The translations under genes and the position numbers were made by a program. The notes below the pieces were generated by a model. It searched no databases. It had not been told where the DNA came from and was given only the letters and a program-made list of their open reading frames with translations. From contig NC_068997.1 in NCBI RefSeq assembly GCF_001194135.2, forward strand, positions 28,505,588 to 28,542,784: 37,197 nt of DNA, in the 5' to 3' direction. Position 1 is the stretch's first letter. Each line of letters begins with the position of its first letter. This DNA is from Octopus bimaculoides. Taxonomy: Eukaryota. Positions 11,361 to 22,781 of the stretch are shown in pieces.

Positions 11361-12244
11361 ATGGCTTTTTAATATTCAAATTTATTTCAGTCTTTCTGAT
11401 TCATGCTATTTTATGCATAAAATTTTTATTCAGGGCTGCCTTACTGACATCTTTTTGCGGATGGCATTGTAAATTGTTTTAGTAACAACATTGAGCTGCA
11501 TAGGGAGATAGTACCGTGACGACATTTTAGGATAGTTGCTAATCACATGCGTGATGTCTTGCATAGACATAGCCTACACATGTGGTTACACCTTGAGATT
11601 ACAAAAGCATCACTGTCTCTCTTGTTCACCAGGTACTTTGTGGCAACAATAAAATGTAAGGAGAAAAACGAGTTTGCACTTCACCAACTCTACTTTTGAC
11701 AAAATTAACTAAACTTTATGGCAACTCTTCACACCAAGCTATTGAGGGAAAGCTAATCACTTTAAAACATGAACTCAGGACAATGTGTGTATGTATGTAC
11801 GTATGTATGTATGTATGTGTGTGTGTGCAGATTTGGTTTTGCTTTACGTTTGTATTTTCATGCATATAGTTGCATATCTAGACATGCTCATATATATTTA
11901 AATGATAAACTTTTGGAAAGTTTTACAGATTTTTACAGTTCCAATAATGGATTTGATCTATAGTCTTTGAATTAGCTTTTTCCTTTCTGGTTTTGAGAAG
12001 CCTAATTTCTGTAGATCGGTATTTAGGCAGTGTGTTACATATCCCAGAGCCCCAGTAATTACAGGTATAAACCTGAACTTGCAATCTGGATAGAGTAACT
12101 GCAGATTTCTCAATAGAGAAAGGTTGGTATCAAAAGGATTAATCTCTCTCTTTCTCTCTCACTGTCATTTGCAAATACCTTTTTCAAAACTCTACCAATT
12201 TGATATGTTTTGTGATTTCCAAGTTTTTCCTGAGCACTTCTCAG

Positions 12245-12319
12245 AGCAGCAGGTGTTTTTATTTTCTTGTTTGAATATCCACGCAGTCTGCGAGCTAAAG
12301 GGAAAAGTTCACCCAGAAA
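12245..12319 (+). CDS. CYBA: p22phox coding exon 3
   Basis: Acceptor CTTCTCAG, 75 nt, AAGVFIFLFEYPRSLRAKGKSSPR(K) carrying the conserved EYPR motif, donor GTAAGT. Confidence 0.96.
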
Positions 12320-12360
12320 GTAAGTATTCATTGAGATGGTAAACTAATCTATTAATTAAT

Positions 12361-12574
12361 CTAAGGCAGTGAGCTGACAGAATCATTACCGTGTCAGGCA
12401 AAATGCTTAGTGGCATTTCATGTCTTTATATTCTGAGTTCAAATACCACAAGGTCAACTTTGCCTTTCATCATTTTAGGGTTGATAAAATAAGTACCAGT
12501 TAAGCACTGGGGTCAATGTAATCAACTATTCCTCCTCCCCTGAAATTACTGGCCTTGTGTCAAAATTTGAAGCC
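12361..12574 (+). mobile_element. Family A SINE
   Basis: TAAGGCAGTGAGCTGACAGAATC...GAGTTCAAAT...GCCTTTCATC...GATAAAATAAGTACCAG; starts 41 nt after the exon 3 donor. Confidence 0.85.
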
Positions 12575-13125
12575 AATATATTAATCTATTTCCTGAATTT
12601 ACATCTTCACCACCTGGCATATAGGGAGCTCTTTAGCAAACTCCACTGTGTTTCAGGCACTTAGGAGAAATCTCTGCTGATATAAAGATAACTTCTGTCT
12701 GCTCGACTAGGAGGCCCCAATAAGTCTCATGGCTGATGTCCTTCATTTGAATAAACCATGAGGAAATATAATTGAATTGCTTCACTACCAGTTATACCAT
12801 GCTGTTGATTTCTAAAAAGAATGAAATCATGCCTTATTGTCTTACAGACGAGTGACACATTCACAAATGTGACTCTGGGCTCTAGTTTACACTGTATCGG
12901 GGGAAAATAACAGGAGGGTCACAAATGGAACGTTTTTAATCATCAAGGACGATACGAGGCTTAACAACTACAGGTGTGCGAGTTCTTGTTCCAGAATTAA
13001 CAAGTAAATTCTACTACAGACACCAAAACAAAACACTGCACTACACGAAGAATACAGCAGAACTGCACTCAGTGGTGCAGTGAAAGCATGCAACGGAAAT
13101 ACAACACGTCTTAATCATCTTCATT

Positions 13126-13330
13126 TCTACTAAAGGTAGAAGGCCTGAAATTTTTGTGAGGTGGAGTAAGGCGATTATATCAGCTCTAGTGCTCATTTTA
13201 CCGACCCCGAGAAGATGAAAAGCAAGGTCAACTTCGGCGGATTTCGAAACCAGAAGGTAAAGTCAGAAGAAATTCTGCGAAGCATTTTCCTTCCCGATGC
13301 TTTTAACGGTTCCACCAGGTCACCGTCTTA
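13126..13330 (-). mobile_element. Family A SINE (degenerate)
   Basis: Reverse complement matches family A (GACCCCGAGAAGATGAAAAGCAAGGTCAACTTCGGCGGATTTCGAA). Confidence 0.7.
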
Positions 13331-14316
13331 AATTGGTGAGCATTATTGTCGTGACAGAGTTGTTTCCCTTGCATTAAAGAAAAAAGTCAAATAGAAACTC
13401 GAGCGAAGGGAAAGAATTCATTAAAAAAGTTTTGCTCTATTGATATACCAGATCAGAACTGATCGAGTAGATCTACATGAAAGACATTCCGATCGTGACC
13501 ATCACTGCTTTTTCTTTTCCCAGCATAATTTTTCTTGTGTCTTCTTTAACCAACGTCTTTTTTTTTCTTTATTTTAACCCCTTGCACTTCTCAATGCTAA
13601 GGACGTTAAGACGTGATATTTAGGGATATTTTGCTACTATTTCTAACAGGTAGAACGAATTTGTATAAGCTTTCCTCGTTGGTTTGAGCTTGGAGAGTTG
13701 ATGTAATTGGCAGAGCTGAATGTTGTATTTTGTCTTGTTGCAACACACTAATGACTAATGCTGTCAAATTCACTAATTACTTGTCTGGGGTTGATGAAAC
13801 AAGTACCAGTAATATATTGGTGTTACGTCAGCTGATTTTTGCCCTTACTTATAGTAACTCTTCTCGCTGAACGAGTGAGAGAATCTCAACATGGTCTTTC
13901 GACTTACTAGACACAGCAGCCAAATCTTCCTCACATCACATAATAACATCTTAGAAAAAGGACACATTAGATAATGTAATCTTAAATATGCTCCTTAAAA
14001 AAAAAAAGAAAGAAAAATAAGGGCAGCAGGATCACGACAGGAAAACTTTTTGATCATAAATTTGTCTGATCAGAGCTCACGTTGGATTAGATCACAATTG
14101 GCCTTGTACCAGCACCTGGATATGACAGCACATGAAAGTCAGAGACGTCATAAGAACCATCAAGGTGAACATGCTGTGGTGGCAGCATGTAATAATAATC
14201 AAAATTTACATAAAATTTATAATTCATTATTAATAAAATAAATATGCTGTATTAAATCTTCCAGTCACTTGCTGACAGCATTACTCCAAATATACTGAAA
14301 TTCTTTCCATTTTCAG

Positions 14317-14400
14317 GTGCCAGTTTCCATTTACAGTTTTTGTCAACCTCTTTGGTCCACTTGCAAGAATATATTATTTTCGGTTTGTCCTCTATTTCTT
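14317..14400 (+). CDS. CYBA: p22phox coding exon 4
   Basis: Acceptor CATTTTCAG, 84 nt, CQFPFTVFVNLFGPLARIYYFRFVLYF(L), compare human LFGPFTRNYYVR. Donor GTAAGT. Confidence 0.96.
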
Positions 14401-14795
14401 GTAAGTGTACCAACCATTTCTTGTTTGCCTCCTTTTTTAAAGTTTATCTTTTGTGTTGTTCTACAAATCAGTTCTTCACTTCATGGTCTCAGTAGAATAT
14501 CAGTTTTTCTATGAGAAGTGGTTGCTAGTCTCTTGCTCAATCTTTTCCATTTCAAGAGGAAGGGACATTGTGAATGGTTCCTCATGATGCTTATCATGGC
14601 ACAAGTTGGCCATTTTCAGAGAGAGAGAGAGAGAGAAGAATTGGTCTCTGTACTTGATTGATATTTTATTCATTGACCCCTGGAGGATAAAAGAAAGAGC
14701 TGGCTTTAGCAAGATTTAATCTTGGAATATTCAGAACACAGAGAGCTGGAACAGATATTACAAGGCAGTCTATTCAGTCAATTTTCTGCTTATTT

Positions 14796-15003
14796 TAAGG
14801 TAGCGAGCTGGCAGAAACGTTAGCATGCTGGGCAAAATGCTTAGTGGTAGGTCGTCTGTCTTTACGTTCTGAGTTCAAATTCCGCAGAGGTTGATTTTGC
14901 CTTTTATCCTTGCGGATATTAAGTACCAGTTGCGTACTGGGGTCTATCTAATCGACTGGCCCCATCTCCTAAAGTTTCAGACTTTGTGCCTAGAGTAGAA
15001 AAA
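14796..15003 (+). mobile_element. Family A SINE
   Basis: GAGCTGGCAGAAACGTTAGC...GAGTTCAAATTCCGC...AAGTACCAGTTGCGTACTGGGGTC...GTGCCTAGAGTAGAAAA. Confidence 0.85.
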
Positions 15004-15025
15004 AATTTTCTACTTATTTCCCTTT

Positions 15026-15233
15026 TCAGCCTTTAGCATTTAAACCAGCCATATTCAGTCCAATTATTCTACTTGTTTTATGTTCAAATTGGCCATATTC
15101 AGCCTCTCACACCTACCACACAATGTCGTTCTGAAAATAAGCAATTACATCATCAAAATACTTGATTAATTCAAAACAATGTGAATAAATGAGCAATACA
15201 CTTGACAGAGTAACCTGAATGCTAAAGGGTTAA
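15026..15233. mobile_element. piggyBac-type MITE (family P1)
   Basis: CCTTTAGCATTTA ... AATGCTAAAGGG-TTAA inverted termini; the left TTAA is degenerate. Confidence 0.75.
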
Positions 15234-15441
15234 AGAAGATAAAAATATCTACTATTTGTACAGGTGTTGTAATTAAATGATGATGTAAGACTGTAGAAAG
15301 GTGCCATGAATTGATTAGAGAAAAGTATGGACTGTAGAGAAGTAAATCAAAGCAGACTTGTAGAAGTCAGGAAAGCTATTTTGGTTGTTGCGGCATAGCA
15401 CAGTTGCGCTATGGCATACTTCAGACAATCAAAGCTGGGCA

Positions 15442-15628
15442 CAAGGCAACGAGCTGGCAGAAATGTTAGCATGGCAGGCGAAATGCTTAGTGGTATTTCT
15501 TCCGGCTTCACGTTCTGAGTTCAAATTCTGCTGAGGTTGACTTTGCCTTTCATCGTTTCAGGGTTGATCTAATCAACTGATCCCCTTCCCCCAAAATTTC
15601 GCGCCTTGTGCCTAGAGTGGAAAAGAAT
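15442..15628 (+). mobile_element. Family A SINE with internal deletion
   Basis: GAGCTGGCAGAAATGTTAGC...GAGTTCAAATTCTGC...CCTTGTGCCTAGAGTGGAAAAGAAT. Confidence 0.8.
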
Positions 15629-16499
15629 CAGAGCTGGGCACATATTAATACATAAAGCACCCTATAGATGAGCATGCATTTTTTTAAAGTCAGTAGAACA
15701 TGAAATGAGCCACATCGATTCTCCAAAGATGGGACCTGCCTTTTTGTCTTTCTCACCAACTTAATGCTGCAATCATCAGAGTCATGTTAAGCTCTCTCAC
15801 TGACCACATTATTGACATCCTATTTCGTTTTGTCAACTTCTCCTTGCAAGCACCTATTCAGTTAGTCTATATCAACACAGCTCCACCTATATCATGAGTA
15901 GTTTATATCAGTCTTAGCTATCTTCATCTCTGCTAGCTTTTAATAGCTTACAGCTAAATCATTTCTACAGTCATAAGTTTAAACGCTTTTCTCCGTCTCC
16001 TACACACACGCCCGCTTCACTCATCACTTGTCAGGTCTCATTACTATTTGAACAAAATTACAATGTTTTGTTGAAAAGCTGCCTTCTGATATTCATCTAC
16101 ACATGCTTCTCAAAAGCACATTTACTGGTCTTTTCCATGAACACTTTCATACTTTAAATCGCTGACCACTCTCACTAAATTGCTTACATATCACAATGGT
16201 GACATACAACACAATAATCTGTCGTAAAAGCAATCTGGAGAATGCTGGGCCTCACAGAATAAGGTGCTAAGAGACTTTTGTGAGAGCTCAATAGCAGGAA
16301 ATCTTAAGAGAAAAAAAAGAGGTGATGGTCACAGTTGGAAAGCTAGACCAAACTAACCGGAGATTAAACAACAAGTAATACAGATTAGTAAGATTTTTTT
16401 GATTTGTGAAAGATAAATGTATTCATTGATTATTGAATTTTGTGATAATCATTTTTTTTTGCTAATTTATTCATTTTTTTTTTTAATTCCTTTTTATAG

Positions 16500-16581
16500 A
16501 ATGTGTGTTCCACTTGTATTTATTTTACCAACATTCCTTGGTGGACTTTGCCTTCTGTTCACAAGCACACTTTATTTTGTG
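16500..16581 (+). CDS. CYBA: p22phox coding exon 5
   Basis: Long polypyrimidine tract plus TAG acceptor, 82 nt, MCVPLVFILPTFLGGLCLLFTSTLYFV (hydrophobic membrane segments), donor GTTAGT. Confidence 0.94.
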
Positions 16582-16706
16582 GTTAGTAAAGCACATTCAT
16601 TTCTACATCCATATTATGTCTGAGTTCTTAGTCAGTGTCTTTTGTTTTATATTCTTGATATTCAAATACTGACCCACCTGCCATAATTAACCTGTAACAT
16701 GTCAAA

Positions 16707-16907
16707 TATGAGTGGGGCTGAAAAATTCCTGGCTTTGGAAAAAAGAAAATGTAGGAGGATTTTATTCAACATATTCCCCTCTCAGATTCACACACTTATT
16801 GCAGTAAGTCCTTTTCATAAGCCTTGTAAAGGAACTTGGAAAGTTGGGCCTCCACCAGGCCTTTTTTGATACCCATAAAGCCAGGAACTTTTCAGCACCC
16901 CCTCGTA
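16707..16907. mobile_element. Mariner-type MITE
   Basis: TA-TGAGTGGGGCTGAAAAATTCCTGGCTTT at the left end; reverse complement of the right end is TA-CGAGGGGGTGCTGAAAAGTTCCTGGCTTT. About 28-bp TIRs with TA target-site duplication. Confidence 0.85.
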
Positions 16908-16940
16908 AGTAGCATTTTTTAAATTATTTACTCAAATAAT

Positions 16941-17163
16941 TAAGTGACAAGCTGGCAAAATTGTTAGCACAATGGAAAAGAGTGCACCGCAGCCTTTCTT
17001 AAGGCTTTTTTGTTTTTCTGAGTTCAAATCCTGCCAAGGCCAGCTTTGCCTTTTACTCTTTCATAGCCAATAGAATAAAGTACCTTTCAGGTAGAGGGGT
17101 CGATGTAATCAACTTTCCCTGTCTCTTTGAAAATTGCAGGCCTTGTGCTGAAATTTGAAAGAA
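16941..17163 (+). mobile_element. Family A SINE
   Basis: GCTGGCAAAATTGTTAGC...GAGTTCAAATCCTGCC...AATAAGTACC...GGCCTTGTGCTGAAATTTGAA. Confidence 0.75.
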
Positions 17164-17338
17164 TTACTTCCTTCAGTAATCAAAGTAAATGGGTGTCTGT
17201 CAGTTTTGACAATGAGTGCTCAGTTGTTGGACCAATTGAATTAGAACATAGGTGGTTGAGTACTCCACAGACGTATGTGTCTTTAATGTAATTCTCTAGC
17301 AAAATCACAGGGACAAAATGTGATGGGGCCAGACTTTC

Positions 17339-17728
17339 GTGGCTGTGTGGTAAGACATTTGTGTCTCAATCATGTAGTTCTAGGTTCAGTCCCACTGCAT
17401 GGTGCTTTGGGCAAATGTCTTCTGCTATAGCCTTGGGCTGACCAAAACCTTGTGAGTGGACTTGGCAGACGGAAACTGAAAGAAGCCTGTCATATGTGTA
17501 TGTGTGTGCGTGTCTTTGTGTTTGTGTCCTACCCCACTGCTTGACAATCGATGCTAGTGTGTTTACATCCCCATAACTTAGCAGTTCAGCAAAGAGACCG
17601 ATAGAATAAGTACTAGGCTTAAAAAAAAGAAAATAAATAGTGAGGTCGATTCATTTGGCTAAAAATTCTTGAAAGTAGTGCTCCAGCATGGTCACAGTCT
17701 AAATACTGAAACAAGTAAAAGATAAAAG
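17339..17728 (+). mobile_element. Family B SINE, near full length
   Basis: Collinear with 6586-6968, including the internal GT-rich tract and 3' CAGCATGGTCACAGTC...CTGAAACAAGTAAAAG. Confidence 0.85.
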
Positions 17729-17771
17729 ATTGACCATATACTCAGTGGTGGGGGATAATTAAAACAAAAGA

Positions 17772-18002
17772 TTAACCCCTTTCATTATCAACCCGGCTGA
17801 AACCAGTTCTGGCTCTGTAGTACAAATGTCTTGTTTGCATAAGTTTTGAATTAAAATCTTCCACAAAACCTTACTCACAATTTATGTTCCTAAAACTAGC
17901 TTAATGATAACTAAGTTATTTTACTAAATTCATTGTTATATTTAAAATTAATTGAAAGAACCACAGAGCATCTCAAAATAAATACTGTAATGAAAGGGTT
18001 AA
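17772..18002. mobile_element. piggyBac-type MITE (family P2)
   Basis: TTAA-CCCCTTTCATTA ... TAATGAAAGGG-TTAA. Ends 66 nt before CYBA exon 6. Confidence 0.8.
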
Positions 18003-18068
18003 TATCCTTATTTTGAATTTGGATTTAATTATTTATTTCTATTAATTAATTTCCAATTCTTATTGCAG

Positions 18069-18206
18069 GCTGCACTTAAAGGAGAACATTGGCAAGCAGA
18101 TCTACCACAAAATGACAATACTACAACTGTTGATGCCCCAATGACACCTGTTCCTCAAAGACGACCACCACCTCGAAGGCCTGAACTTCCTGTTAATCAC
18201 ATGTAG
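18069..18206 (+). CDS. CYBA: p22phox coding exon 6 (terminal, proline-rich region)
   Basis: Acceptor TATTGCAG, AALKGEHW...PQRRPPPRRPELPVNHM then TAG. Compare human AAVRGEQW and PPSNPPPRPP. Confidence 0.95.
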   Translation, partial: AALKGEHWQADLPQNDNTTTVDAPMTPVPQRRPPPRRPELPVNHM

Positions 18207-18352
18207 CTGTAGCTTCTGCAACACCTTGGGCAAACATTTTTAATCCTAGCATCGAGTTCATAAAAATCTTGAGAGTGAAATTTGGTTGATGGCTCTTTAA
18301 GTGGAAGCCTCTTGAATCTCAAAGTGATCATTCCTATCTTTGGGTGATAGAT

Positions 18353-18592
18353 TTAACCCATTAGCATTTAAAATGGCCAAATCCAGCCCAAATAATTCTA
18401 CGCATTTAATGTTACAATCAGCCAGGTCTGTCCTCTCACATTTACAATGTCATTCTAAATATAAACGACCACATCATTGATATCTCAAAGCTTAGAGCTA
18501 ATGCATGATCAATTCAAAACAATATGATGATGATGATGTGGAGATAAGCAGGTGCTATATTTGAGGGAGTAATCCAAATGCTAAACGGTTAA
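18353..18592. mobile_element. piggyBac-type MITE (family P1) in the probable CYBA 3' UTR
   Basis: TTAA-CCCATTAGCATTT ... AAATGCTAAACGG-TTAA, starting 147 nt after the stop codon. Confidence 0.8.
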
Positions 18593-19544
18593 ACTAGCAT
18601 CAAATTTAATGCCACCACTTATCTGGCCCTTGGGTGTCTTTGAGATCACTTCATATTTCCAGTCTAAAAATACAATTTCTTTTCTTCCATTTGCCAATCT
18701 CGGACACTCTTCCTACTTCAACAAAACAAAAGAAAAAAAAAGAAAGAAAAGAAAAAGAGAAAGTACTGCTGCTGCTCCCATGTGATCCCTTTACCCTATT
18801 TTGCAGTCAGAATAGTCACATTAAACATTCCCTCGAACTGTCTTCCACAAAATGTTTTCATTTCTCCAACCTTGAGAAATGTTTCTACTTCCATTCAAAC
18901 TCAACATTAAGCTCGTTGCAGCATTAAATGCAGTTCCTTTCTTTTTCTTTTTTTTTTTATAAATGTATATTTTTTATTCGTATATATTTTCTTTATATCT
19001 TGTTTTATCGAAAAGTTTTTACATATTTTCTGAAGCATTACATTGATCTGATAAACAGCATTTGTATCCCTGTCTCTCTGTCTATCTCTCACATATGTAC
19101 ATACACAAGAATATGAATACAGATAGGCAATTGCACACACACACACACTTCAACAACAAAAGAACAGTAACATGTTTTGTGTAAATTGTTATCAAGAAAC
19201 TCAGAGTTTTGAATGTAAGTGTCCCTTGCCTGTATCATTTAAAATATATACACACATATATAGTATTGTGACTTTCAAACACAGACCATTATAGTCACAG
19301 ATATTTAATATCTGCTATTTTGCTATTTCTATTTCTCAAACAGGAACATTACCATATATATGTGTGTATATATATATATAAGTTACAGGTATTAAAACCA
19401 TCTAAGGGATAGATGTATCCAGAGGTATACCTGGTAATTACCTCAGTATGTATGATCCTTGTTATAAGGTATACAGTAGGAGGTAATACAAAAGGTAACA
19501 GTAGTTTAATGTATATATAGACAATAAGAAAATGGAGAAATAAC

Positions 19545-19693
19545 AATGAGAAGTGGATCTTTGATGTTATAAAGTCATTATCTAATTAATTAATTAAGAT
19601 GAGAGTATGTTAGAGTAACTTACTCTAACATACTCTCATCTTAATTAATTAATTAGATAATGACTTTATAACACCAAAGATCTTCTTCTCATT
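19545..19693. repeat. Near-perfect palindrome: 74-bp arms, 1-nt spacer
   Basis: 19565-19618 is the exact reverse complement of 19620-19673 (54 bp). Extended to 74 bp there are only 3 mismatches. Confidence 0.95.
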
Positions 19694-19973
19694 ATGTTTG
19701 AATTAATTTACCATTTGCTTGATCTCTACACCTTTATGATGAACGGTTGTATTTCATCGCATACCTTTTCATCCTGTTTTGCATATTTTCATGGGTCAAC
19801 TATGAAAATTGGATTTGAATGTTTTCTATTTTTATTGTCTGCATATTACTAATAATAATAATAATAACAATAATAATAGGACTCCGAGGAGATGTAGTAT
19901 CCCATATTTTATAATATTTTATAATATGTATGAATCGTTCTGGATATTGCATCGAAATGTTCATAGGTCATTT

Positions 19974-20004
<31 letters not shown>

Positions 20005-20344
20005 AAAGTNNNNNNNNNNNNNNNNNNNNNNNNNNNNNNNNNNNNNNNNNNNNNNNNNNNNNNNNNNNNNNNNNNNNNNNNNNNNNNNNNNNNNNNNNNN
20101 NNNNNNNNNNNNNNNNNNNNNNNNNNNNNNNNNNNNNNNNNNNNNNNNNNNNNNNNNNNNNNNNNNNNNNNNNNNNNNNNNNNNNNNNNNNNNNNNNNNN
20201 NNNNNNNNNNNNNNNNNNNNNNNNNNNNNNNNNNNNNNNNNNNNNNNNNNNNNNNNNNNNNNNNNNNNNNNNNNNNNNNNNNNNNNNNNNNNNNNNNNNN
20301 NNNNNNNNNNNNNNNNNNNNNNNNNNNNNNNNNNNNNNNNNNNN

Positions 20345-20391
<47 letters not shown>

Positions 20392-20701
20392 CTCAAAGCA
20401 ACATGTAACTCCTGACTTTTCTTTGTTCTCTTCCATCCTTCTCACTTTTGTTATATATGTTTATAAAAATTGTATATGCCAAATTCACCTTAAGAATAAG
20501 TATATCTATATAATTTCAATTGAACTATGATACAAAAACATTTATTCTATAAAAACGTATTGTTATATTTTTATTTTTCATACATATGAACACATTGAAT
20601 AAAGTTATTCTCTACATATTCTAAAAAGTTAAACTTGTTTTAATTACACACTGTATACATACATACATGAAAATTACAGAGAGAGAGTTATATCTCAACT
20701 A

Positions 20702-20848
20702 ATTAAGGATAGAATTAAACTAGATGAGATGCAGTTTGGGTTTGTTCCTGGGAGAAGTACCACGTGTGCCATTTTCATAGCGAGACAGTTGCAAGAAAAG
20801 TATTTGGCCAAAAGTAAGCCATTATACTTAACCTTTTTTGACCTGAAA
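20702..20848 (+). mobile_element. RTE-clade LINE reverse-transcriptase fragment
   Basis: IKDRIKLDEMQFGFVPGRSTTCAIFIARQLQEKYLAKSKPLYLTFFDLK matches the N-terminal RT motifs QFGF..GRST..AIF..RQLQEK..PLY..F.DL. Confidence 0.9.
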
Positions 20849-20962
20849 GAGGATTTAACTTTTCGAGTGGAGCTCTTCATCAGAAATATAGGAAAAGTCC
20901 AAAGTAGGGAAGACAGAGAAAGATAATCGCCAAAGATGCACACGCGATATATATATATATCT

Positions 20963-21117
20963 CTGAGTGGTTGGCGTTAGGAAGGGCATCCAGCTGTAGA
21001 AACTCTGCCAAATTAGATTGGAGCCTGGTGTAGCCATCCGGTTGCACCAGTCCTCAGTCAAATCGTCCAACCCATGCTAGCATGGAAAGCGGACATTAAA
21101 CGATGATGATAATGATG
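20963..21117 (+). mobile_element. RTE-type 3' tail (family D)
   Basis: GAGTGGTTGGCGTTAGGAAGGGCATCCAGCTGTAGAAAC...CATGCTAGCATGGAAAGCGGACATTAAACGATGATGAT. Confidence 0.8.
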
Positions 21118-21153
21118 ATATATATATATATATATACACACAGAATGCAGCAG

Positions 21154-21471
21154 TTTGGTCTAACACATGTTGGTCTTAACCATTTTAGTCTAAGATACTT
21201 TGGTCTAAAGGCATTTTTGCCTAAAGACAAAAAACATTATTAGAGTATAGTTATTTAGATCTTTTACAGTTTTTTTTTTTTTTTTTAGATTCTATAGACA
21301 AAGTAGTTATTAGACCAAAGTGAGTTTAAACAAAAATGGCTTTATGCTAAAAGGCATTTAGACAAATATGTCTTTAGACTTTAATGTATTCATACAAAAG
21401 CCACTTTAGACCAAAGTTCTTTAGACCATAGTACATTAGACTGAAGTGTTTTAGATGAAAAGTCCTAGATC
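21154..21471. repeat. Foldback-like element: 15-16-bp-period arrays in opposite orientations
   Basis: (G/A)GTCTAA-type units with GTCT cores at 21158, 21173, 21188, 21203 and 21219. Reverse-complement TTAGAC units at 21295, 21311, 21359, 21375, 21407, 21422, 21437, 21452 and 21466. Confidence 0.65.
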
Positions 21472-22781
21472 CAATATATACATACACTCCAGGGAATTGA
21501 GTAGAGTTATGTCACCTCCTTTCAGACATCCTCATACTCCTCCTTGTTGCTCCTTCTCTTATTCTCCCAGTTGTGTCCAACCCTTCAGATTCCTCATTAA
21601 TCTATCCATCCATTGTAAACATTGTACATAATTCCTCATCTCAAAAATATAGAAAAGAGCTCCTAAAAGCCTATCATTTTGTCTGTCCCCCTCGCATTCA
21701 AGCCATCTCTACAGCTCAATCTTCTCAACACCCATCCCTCCATCACTCTTCTAACTACAACACCATCTCTGCTGTTGCAATTATAGATATATGCAAGCAG
21801 AATTGCACATATTTCGTCCCTGACATTTTTGTGCCACCAGTTTCCCCATTCATTGAAGACACCTCCCAATGGCACCCACCTCACATTTTCAAATCATCCC
21901 ATCCCTATATTTGAACACCATCTCATATCAACCCCTCCTCCTTGTTCATCCTGCTTCATCACCCTCTCTCTATCTCGACATTTGCCCCCCACACACACAC
22001 ACACACTTCACATCATCTAATTTCTCATCAACAGAATCTTATTACAATGCTACTCCCCACCCCCTTTCTTTGTACTGCCACTTATTACTCCCTCCCCCCT
22101 GAACCACTCCTACATCCTTCACCTTCCACTCAACTGATATTTACCACTGACCATTCCCACCATCCCCACTTTGATCTTCACTGCATCTCCTATACCCCTA
22201 CTTCTCAAGATCTGTTGCTCACCTCATACTCCTGTGAACTTAGCTGATTACCTGTTCTGCTGTGACCACCCCCAACAAAGCCACTTGTACTTTAACAATA
22301 CATCCTGACGTCACACCACCACTAGTTGGGTTAGCCATATATCTCCTGTCTTGCAAGACCCTTCTTCCTATCCTTTTATCATATTCTTGCCGCTCAACGC
22401 CTGGAATAAGCCACTTCCTTCAAGCAAGTTGTCTTACAAGCTACATGGTGACTTCACTAGTGCTGGTGCCACATAAAAAAAAGCAGCCACTACACTCTGC
22501 AAAGTGGTTGGCATTAAGAATGGCATCCAAACCATGCCACGACAGACACTGGAGCTTGGAACAACACTCTGAACTTTTAGCATTCTGTTTCTATTGTCTC
22601 TGTCCTGTTGTTATTGAAGCAGTACTGGACGAATCATTAAAGACAATAAGCATGAGCTTAGAGCATCAAGACAAGATGGTGGTGGTGGTGGTGGTGGGGC
22701 ACCACAGAAATGGCGAATGGTTTACGGCACAAAGACAAAAATAACTTTAAACTTGCTTAAATAAACATTATAGAGTGTACC

